Below the pieces are notes generated by a model. That model saw nothing but the letters and a program-made list of their open reading frames with translations. It was not told the DNA's origin and ran no database searches. Both the position numbers and the translations under genes were made by a program. From the IMG/VR virus record IMGVR_UViG_3300044712_002668, positions 271,989 to 335,988 of that record: DNA of 64,000 nucleotides; one strand, given 5' to 3'. Position 1 is the first letter of the stretch, and every line of letters starts with the position of its first letter. This document shows, piece by piece, positions 57,187 through 64,000 of this stretch.

Positions 57187-57696
57187 ATGAAAACAAGAAA
57201 TGGTTTTGTAAGCAATAGTTCTACTTCTAGCTTTATATGTGATATTTCTGGCTGTGTCATTGTGAGTGATCATGGCGGCAATATGGATGGAGATATTGCT
57301 GAGTGTTTAAAGTGTAGCAGTTCATTTTTATTGAAATATATTGTAACACCAGATATCAAAACACTTTCTGACGAAGATATCAAAGATATCATTTCAGAAG
57401 ATCGTTTCGTTGATCAGGCTGATTTTGATCCGGATGAAATAAATGACAGGGCTGAGCTTGAAAGGCTATTTGGTGAGTTCATAGCTCATATTAATAATGA
57501 ATATAGTGATGGTCATTATTATTCTTTAAGTCATCATTTATGTCCTGTTTGTGCAATGAAAAAGCTTCCAAAAGAGTTATTATTTAGTTATTTGTTAAAG
57601 AAAGCAGGACTTACAAATAAAGCATTGACTAAACAAATCAAGTTGGAATTTGGAACCTTTGAAAAGTTCAAGGAGTTTCTTGATGCTAGTGAATAA
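57187..57696 (+). CDS. MKIRNGFVSNSS family Zn-binding protein
   Basis: MKTRNGFVSNSSTSSFIC; CPVC. Confidence 0.75.
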   Translation: MKTRNGFVSNSSTSSFICDISGCVIVSDHGGNMDGDIAECLKCSSSFLLKYIVTPDIKTLSDEDIKDIISEDRFVDQADFDPDEINDRAELERLFGEFIAHINNEYSDGHYYSLSHHLCPVCAMKKLPKELLFSYLLKKAGLTNKALTKQIKLEFGTFEKFKEFLDASE

Positions 57697-58234
57697 TCCT
57701 CAGGTTTGTACGTCTGAAAAGTATCCATTAAGACTTGATTGGGTAGATCAATCTGTAGCTTTGACCATAGCGCCTGGTAAAAAAGCCCCATCTGTTATGC
57801 ACGATATCCAATGGGATCGTGATATGGATATGGACTTGAAGGTTATTCAGGATGCTGGCATCTCTGTAGTTGTAACTTTGATGAAACTTAATGAGATGCT
57901 AATGTATGGTATTGGAGATTTGGGCCATAGGATTAAAGCTTTAGGTTGGGATTGGTATCATTTTCCTATTGAGGATGGTGGAATACCCAGTTCTATGATG
58001 GATGTTTTTCCTTTGGTGCAAGATATTCTTGTGGAGGTTTCTCAGGGCAAGAAGGTTCTCATTCATTGCCGTGGTGGTTTGGGTAGGACTGGCACCATTG
58101 CTGGTTGTTATCTGGTAGCCAAGGGAATGTCAGTAGAAGATACTTTGAAGAAATTGGTAGAAACCAGAGGGGAGTTTTGTCCTGAAAATGATATGCAAAA
58201 AGATTTCATTAGAAATTTTGTAAAGATGTTATGA
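57683..58234 (+). CDS. Dual-specificity/tyrosine phosphatase (CDKN3-like)
   Basis: PIEDG and HCRGGLGRTG active site. Confidence 0.88.
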   Translation: MLVNNPQVCTSEKYPLRLDWVDQSVALTIAPGKKAPSVMHDIQWDRDMDMDLKVIQDAGISVVVTLMKLNEMLMYGIGDLGHRIKALGWDWYHFPIEDGGIPSSMMDVFPLVQDILVEVSQGKKVLIHCRGGLGRTGTIAGCYLVAKGMSVEDTLKKLVETRGEFCPENDMQKDFIRNFVKML

Positions 58235-58967
58235 AAACAGCTATCATTGGCGATAGTGATGGCAGGTATTTTATGGGGTGGTGTGCAATGTCAACTCCAA
58301 AATATGAGAGTGATGATGAGTCATATATAATAATTCCAAGTTTTGTTTGTGATGTAAAAAATGCCAAGGTGTTTGATTCTGAGGCTCACGCCAACAGAAC
58401 TTTGAAGAATATTGTTGGTAGGCATCATGTGCGTTGTGCTATAATTAGCTGAAAGGTTTTACTATGCAAATTCATGAGATTTGTGGAGAAGCGGCTCTTA
58501 GATTATTGGTAATGGATCCGGATGTTACAGATGGTGTAGGTTATGATCTTCATAATCATGCCAACATTTTTATGTTGGATGCCGAATCTCCTGTTGGATT
58601 TTTTCAGGTACCAGAGTCATCCAAAGTGACCATGAAAATGTTTGATATTGATCGTTACAATCCAGTAGAGGCAATGGATAGATTCTTCAGTACAATATTT
58701 GGATTAGCTATTGGAAATACCAAATTCACAGTAAGAGATGCCCCTCACCACCATAGACGTTTGGTTTGCAATTCTAAATTCAAAGAGAAACATTTAAAAA
58801 ATATGTGTGATTGCACTACAATTGTAACTCTTGATTATCTTGGCGATAATGATTTGATTGGCTGTATGGATCAAGAATATACCGGTGTATTTGCTACCCA
58901 GAAAAATACATTTGGAGCCTTTGTGTTATTTTCTTCTTTTAGTCCTTATGTAATTAAATAAATTAAC

Positions 58968-58995
58968 TTGCACCGTTACTGAACCGTGCTATGCT
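58968..58995 (+). promoter_or_regulatory. sigma70-like promoter TTGCAC-16-TATGCT (TGn)
   Basis: Intergenic; followed by hairpin TCTGTTGG..CCAACAGA. Confidence 0.45.
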
Positions 58996-59063
58996 CGGCT
59001 GATTTCTCAATAGTTCTGTTGGGCGGAACCAACAGATAAACATCAATAAGTTGTCATATAGAT

Positions 59064-59555
59064 ATGATGACATTGATGTTTTTTACCAGTGATACATTGA
59101 TTAGCAGGGTGATAAAGTTTTTTACCAAAGGAACTGTAACACATGTTGCTATAGGTGGGTTTGAGATAGCTGGTATAAAGCTATGTCTTCACTCTGACAT
59201 AAAAGGGGTAAGATTTGCTACACGAGATAGTCTTACTTCCAATATGACATTGGTATCTGAATGGAATATTCTTGCTGATGATGTAGAAGAACAACTACCA
59301 ACCATAATAAAAAAGATAGGATCTTCATATGATTTTGGTGGCGTCTTTGGTATCGGTATAGTTCAGATATTGAAGTGGATTAACATCAAAGCAAAAAATC
59401 CATTCCATGATACAAATTCATATTTTTGTTCTGAACTTGTATTGGGTTTGAGTAAAAAAGTTCCTGAATGGAATGGGCTTGATCCTGTAGAAACTACTCC
59501 AGAAGATTTACTTGACATCTGTAAAAGAAGTTCTTCTTTTCTAAAAGTTTTATGA
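59064..59555 (+). CDS. Permuted papain-like NlpC/P60 (YiiX/YebB-like) enzyme
   Basis: THVAI, GSSYD, YFCSELV, TPEDL. Confidence 0.75.
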   Translation: MMTLMFFTSDTLISRVIKFFTKGTVTHVAIGGFEIAGIKLCLHSDIKGVRFATRDSLTSNMTLVSEWNILADDVEEQLPTIIKKIGSSYDFGGVFGIGIVQILKWINIKAKNPFHDTNSYFCSELVLGLSKKVPEWNGLDPVETTPEDLLDICKRSSSFLKVL

Positions 59556-59794
59556 AATACATAATACCATTATTGTTTTGTATATCATGTGGAAATGGTC
59601 ATACACAGAACATTGACATTACACCGAATCCAAATGGTGGAGCTCCACAGAATACAATAAATCCTAATCGTTGTGTTGACGGTCAAAAAGTAAGCTGTCA
59701 GGTTTCTTATGTTATAGATTCTAGTGGTCAAACCGTTATAGTTTATGGCACTAGAGTTTGTCTGAACAATCAATACAGTGAATGTGCAAAATGA
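59552..59794 (+). CDS. Cys-rich lipoprotein
   Basis: Lipobox-like ISCG; C..G....C...G...C.......C. Confidence 0.55.
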   Translation: MKYIIPLLFCISCGNGHTQNIDITPNPNGGAPQNTINPNRCVDGQKVSCQVSYVIDSSGQTVIVYGTRVCLNNQYSECAK

Positions 59795-60460
59795 AAATTG
59801 GTGACAAGGTAAAAATCAAATCTGATAAAATGAAACAGATTATTGAACAGCATCCTGAATACAAATCTCTTAAGGATGCTGAGTGTGTAATACATCATAT
59901 AGAAACCACTTATGTAATTGTATTACCGCCAAATAATAATTATATGATGTTTTTGAAAACACAGGTAGAAGTTGTATGACAAAACCCAATGAACATTTTT
60001 TGATGCGTGCAGTAAAAGTGCATTATGGTGATTCTTGTCCTAAATGTAAAGATAACGGCGTTTATTCTAAAGTAAACTGGGAACTTCACCCATGGGATAA
60101 GGACAATATCACCATGGAAGATCAGGTTCATGGATTCTGTGATAAGTGTGGTGTGATTATATTTGAAGCAGATTTGTTATTCAGGGTGGTTTGAATGTCA
60201 AAACCTCAACGTGATTTCCCTATAATAGGTGAATCTTTCTACGGTGTTACCAAAGCAGTATGTAAGAAATGCCACTATGCTTTTGCGGATAGCGAGCCAG
60301 CCTCTCAGAGAGGTGAGTATTGGCATCCAATAAGGGATCAAAACAATAAAGAGATTGTTTGCCCTAATGCTGGTAAATGTTTTCATATGGATTCAAATGA
60401 AGTTGAACCTTTCATGAAGAAATCCATGAGACGAAGAAATAAAAGGAACAAGGTAAAGGC

Positions 60461-60979
60461 ATGAAGATTATCAATGGTATTTGTTTTTTCTGGAAGGAAT
60501 TTCTTTCAAATTGGCAGGAGTCTCCGTTCCAGGTAAATCATAATGGACTTGTTCAACAATATAATTGCGTTGAACAATATATGATGGCTGAAAAGGCCAG
60601 AACCTTTAATGATACTGAAACTTTAAATAAAATTCTTTCCACTAAAATTCCAAAAGAACAAAAAGATTTTGGACGTAATGTCAAAAATTACAATGATGAA
60701 GTGTGGGCAAATGTAAGATACAAGGCTGTATTATTTGCTACAGTAGCGAAGTATGATCAGAATAAAGATTTGCTTGATAAGTTATTGGCGATAGAGTGTT
60801 ACAGTTTTTGTGAAGCCAGCCCATATGATAAGGTATGGGGAATCGGGATGGATGAGAATCACCCTGACATTGGTGATCCTGACAAGTGGCAAGGGCAGAA
60901 TCTTCTTGGTAAAGTAATTACAGGGGCCAGGGATATCTTGAAACAAAACAAAGATACTGGTATTATTTCTGCTCTGTAA
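60461..60979 (+). CDS. NADAR (YbiA-like) N-glycosidase
   Basis: FLSNW, EQYMMAEKA, K..GR.V, EASPYD.VWGIG, GQNLLG. Confidence 0.9.
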   Translation: MKIINGICFFWKEFLSNWQESPFQVNHNGLVQQYNCVEQYMMAEKARTFNDTETLNKILSTKIPKEQKDFGRNVKNYNDEVWANVRYKAVLFATVAKYDQNKDLLDKLLAIECYSFCEASPYDKVWGIGMDENHPDIGDPDKWQGQNLLGKVITGARDILKQNKDTGIISAL

Positions 60980-61179
60980 ACTGGTAAACCCTATCAAATG
61001 ATAAATTTTTTGATATGGTTGAAGCAATTGTTTTGTGAACACCAATTTGAATATGAAAGGGTCTGTGTTGAAACGTATAGCTATTTTGATTATGGTTATG
61101 GAAGAGACAGGTTGAAAATAGAGACTAGAATCATACGCACCTGTAAAGTTTGTGGACATCATACGAATTACAAAGAGAT

Positions 61180-61530
61180 ATGAGAACAATAACGAAACAA
61201 GATTTCCCTTTGTGGTTCAAGATACTGGTGCCAATTGTTTGTATCTGTATATCCTTGGCAGCATACAACGCCAAAGACTGTAAGTGTTCTTTGCCTGTTG
61301 ATACACCTCAGACGAAGGTAAAGCGTAAGTGGAATGATTGCCTTGAGGTGTGTACTGATAGTGAGTATCAGTGCCGACGAGATTGTTGGGGTGACGGTAC
61401 ATGTAAAGCAAAGTGTATTATCACTATGAATAGTTGTATGTCATTATGCGATCAGACTTGGAGTCCTAGATATGATAAAATAGCAGCACCAGCAGGTTCC
61501 ACACAACAAGGCTCAAATAATGACCACTGA
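61180..61530 (+). CDS. Membrane-anchored Cys-rich protein
   Basis: TM segment; CxxxC repeats. Confidence 0.55.
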   Translation: MRTITKQDFPLWFKILVPIVCICISLAAYNAKDCKCSLPVDTPQTKVKRKWNDCLEVCTDSEYQCRRDCWGDGTCKAKCIITMNSCMSLCDQTWSPRYDKIAAPAGSTQQGSNNDH

Positions 61531-61824
61531 TAAGTTCAAGAAGTTCGAAGATTGGTTCTGTGAGAATATCTATGAACCAGATGATGATAACTTCCTCATT
61601 GATCTCTGGGAAAAGATCAAAGCATGTAAATGCTTTGCCTATATGAACTATGGTGGTGATGCTTTCTCAGTTACTGAGGGTCAGGAAAAATTCCTGTATG
61701 GGACAGAAGTTCAGGTTAGAAATTTGATAAATATTCAAATAAAGCAAATCATTTCTGATTACGTAACATTGGAAGTGTTTGACATTGTGACTTGTACTCC
61801 TATCCAATTGAAGATTGATTTCAA

Positions 61825-62229
61825 ATGAAAACAATCGAAAAAGATAATCATATAAAAGTATGTTCTGTTACATACAAATGTGAGCATTGTGATTTTGAAG
61901 ATAGTAACTCATGGAGTGTTATAAGACATGAGGTTACCCATCTTGATATCATAGAAAGAACTCATGGTAGTTTTGTATTCTACCGCGCTCTTGATGAAGA
62001 AACTCTTAAAAAATACATTAATGGAAGGCATTATGATTCCGCTGTAATAATTGAATGGGATGGTCCAGGTTGGTATTCTATATGTTCTAGCAGTGAAGAT
62101 CCTTATCAAGAGGTTACATTTAGTCTGGAGAAATCCAAAATATATCTGGAAAAGATGTCGGCTAATGCTCGTCAAACTTTAAAAGAGATTGATGAGATTA
62201 ATGAAAATTATGATCTTAACATATGGTAA
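61825..62229 (+). CDS. C2H2 zinc-finger protein
   Basis: YKCEHCDF...RHE..H; WDG.GWY. Confidence 0.65.
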   Translation: MKTIEKDNHIKVCSVTYKCEHCDFEDSNSWSVIRHEVTHLDIIERTHGSFVFYRALDEETLKKYINGRHYDSAVIIEWDGPGWYSICSSSEDPYQEVTFSLEKSKIYLEKMSANARQTLKEIDEINENYDLNIW

Positions 62230-62233
62230 ATAA

Positions 62234-62665
62234 ATGAAAACTTCATTTAAAACAGAAACAACACAAACTGTACAACATAAACAGATAAGTATTTTTCATT
62301 GCGATTATTGTGATTTTCAATCGCCCAGTATAAGTGATACCGTAAGACATGAAGCTTCACATCTTGATGTCAAAGAGCTTATTATTAATGGCCATACTTT
62401 CTATAAAGCAAAAGACGCTTCAACCCTTAAAAAATATATAAATGCCATTAAGAATAGCGATGATGCAGTTGTAGCATGGGATGGAGAGGGGTGGTATGGT
62501 ATTCAGTTCTTTTATGATGATCCTATATTTGTAGTTAAAGCAGAAAGGTATATAAAAGAAATTAAAGAAAACGCCATCAAAGAGAGAGATGAAGCTATAC
62601 AAGATTATAATAATGCCGAAAAGCTTGAGAAAGAGTTCTTTAAAAGGGTAAAAGAAAATGAGTGA
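62234..62665 (+). CDS. C2H2 zinc-finger protein, tandem paralog of 61825..62229
   Basis: FHCDYCDF...RHE..H; TLKKYIN; WDG.GWY. Confidence 0.65.
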   Translation: MKTSFKTETTQTVQHKQISIFHCDYCDFQSPSISDTVRHEASHLDVKELIINGHTFYKAKDASTLKKYINAIKNSDDAVVAWDGEGWYGIQFFYDDPIFVVKAERYIKEIKENAIKERDEAIQDYNNAEKLEKEFFKRVKENE

Positions 62666-62851
62666 CGAACCTGCACGTTGGATGGAAGCTTTGAAGTTGG
62701 GTTATCTGACCAAATCTGAATTGCGTTTATTGCGATGTGGATTGGGTTATAAAATTGGATCTGAACATGGAGCGGCTGGTGCCATTGTCATGTTTGGACA
62801 AAAACTAGAAGAATGCGCTCGTAATCTGGATTCTCCAGAAATAGCTAAGAA

Positions 62852-63223
62852 ATGAAAAGAATAGCTATATTTACTATAGATGAAGTTTTTCCTTTTGTTT
62901 CCAATGAACTACACAAAACAAAGCATGGCTTTACGGTTGGTGATAAAGTATACAAAGTAAAAATGACATCTCAAAGATTGAGAGTTTTCAAATTAAACCC
63001 TAAGTGTGTAGGGTGTGGTTTGGAAGGATCATTCTTTGCATTGGAATATTCCAAAGACGAGAACCCTCATATGAATTTCTATGCCATAAAGGATGGCGAA
63101 GAAATACTTATGACAAAAGATCATATAATCCCTGTAAGTAAGGGTGGTCAAGATTCTATGTCAAATTATCAGACTATGTGCTTTATATGTAATAATAAAA
63201 AGAGTAACAATGACATATTATGA
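62852..63223 (+). CDS. HNH endonuclease
   Basis: CVGCG...MTKDHIIPVSKGG...N.Q.MC..CN..K. Confidence 0.85.
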   Translation: MKRIAIFTIDEVFPFVSNELHKTKHGFTVGDKVYKVKMTSQRLRVFKLNPKCVGCGLEGSFFALEYSKDENPHMNFYAIKDGEEILMTKDHIIPVSKGGQDSMSNYQTMCFICNNKKSNNDIL

Positions 63224-63671
63224 TAGAAGTAAAACTACATTTATAGATGGTACTCCGATATTCAAAACAGAAGAAGATGAAAGAAATGAAGATGAGATAT
63301 CCAAGATAATAGAAAAGAAATGGGAGTGTACTCTTCATAGCTTTGGAAGGTTATCCCCTATTGATTGGTATGCCATTAGAGATGGTAGAATGCTTGGGGT
63401 ACTGGAACTAAAATCCAGAACCCATGCAAGTGATAAATTCAAAACTGTATTTCTTAATGTTCGCAAATGGTTGGCGTTGCAGCTTGCCAGCACCGGCATG
63501 GGCGTTCCCGCTGCCTTTGTGGTAAAGTTCACCGATTGCACCAAGTACATTTATATACAGAATATAAACGCTAATAAAGTTAAAATCGGCGGCCTCACCT
63601 CTATAGTGAAAAGCCGGAACGATATCGAGCCACTGATTGAAGTGGATGTTTCTAAAATGGAGACAATATGA
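63210..63671 (+). CDS. PD-(D/E)xK nuclease-like protein
   Basis: PID...LELKSR. Confidence 0.65.
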   Translation: MTYYDRSKTTFIDGTPIFKTEEDERNEDEISKIIEKKWECTLHSFGRLSPIDWYAIRDGRMLGVLELKSRTHASDKFKTVFLNVRKWLALQLASTGMGVPAAFVVKFTDCTKYIYIQNINANKVKIGGLTSIVKSRNDIEPLIEVDVSKMETI

Positions 63672-64000
63672 ATTTTGAGATATGTGATAAGTGTGATAAA
63701 CATGCCATCTGGTTTTACCCAGGTGGTACAGAAGAAAACAAAGCTCCACAATATTGCGATGATTGTGTGCCAAGAGGCTGTTCCTGTAATGTATTATCTT
63801 GTGGTGTAGAAGCCGTAGATGATGATGGAAGACTTCTTCCATGCTGCGATTATATGTATTTTGAGAATGGAATTGATAAAGATGTTCCATTAATGACGGA
63901 TGAACAGGTTCAACAACTTGATGATCTGTATGCTAAACTCAGTGCTGGTACCATAACTGAAGACCAATATAATGAAGAGTTTGATAAGATAATTGGCTGA
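63668..64000 (+). CDS. Cys-rich hypothetical phage protein
   Basis: CDDCVPRGCSCN...GR.LPC. Confidence 0.6.
   Translation: MNFEICDKCDKHAIWFYPGGTEENKAPQYCDDCVPRGCSCNVLSCGVEAVDDDGRLLPCCDYMYFENGIDKDVPLMTDEQVQQLDDLYAKLSAGTITEDQYNEEFDKIIG

Noticed and set aside
58464-58961. Faint resemblance of the C-terminus to a capsid-protein segment
   Set aside because: Only a few residues match; cannot be supported without a profile search
1-64000. Stop-codon reassignment as in some huge phages
   Set aside because: Known genes are full length in code 11, and TAG/TGA end genes at expected positions (cas6 TAG, many ATGA overlaps)

Overview
AT-rich, densely coding segment of a jumbo (huge) phage genome read with the standard genetic code. 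Most genes are short, + strand and translationally coupled, and isolated minus-strand genes are interspersed. A GltF/CglF-like secreted protein and GC-rich CRISPR spacers suggest a myxobacterial host (inference). Recognisable cargo: IF-1, two histone-like proteins, SNF2 helicase, Ku with a homing endonuclease inserted at its 5' end, C39 peptidase, FtsK motor, ATP-dependent DNA ligase, GroES, truncated EF-Ts, stand-alone GlyRS-beta/SerRS/GyrB fragments, radical SAM enzyme, RmlB-like dehydratase, NADAR and nucleases. Two systems stand out. (1) A four-gene type I CRISPR-Cas with no cas8, cas1 or cas2: stand-alone Cas3, I-F2-like Cas7fv and Cas5fv, and a Cas6e-like protein. It is fused without a leader to a 26-repeat array whose repeats are highly diverged but keep a covarying stem and a near-invariant RTTGAAAY handle. 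(2) A roughly 750-nt structured RNA locus (38352-39103) with two circularly permuted, anticodon-less tRNA-like modules, one a Leu-type with an intact ACCA end, plus a nested third tRNA-like module and anti-SD/anti-AUG-like loops, resembling Y RNA (YrlA) or two-piece tmRNA. Paralog families include 13 Gly/Cys-rich MKVLILNK.DW proteins, 3 MK.RNGFVSNSS proteins and about 10 proteins sharing a K-x-A helix motif. Family assignments come from motif recognition and recalled sequences, not from database searches.
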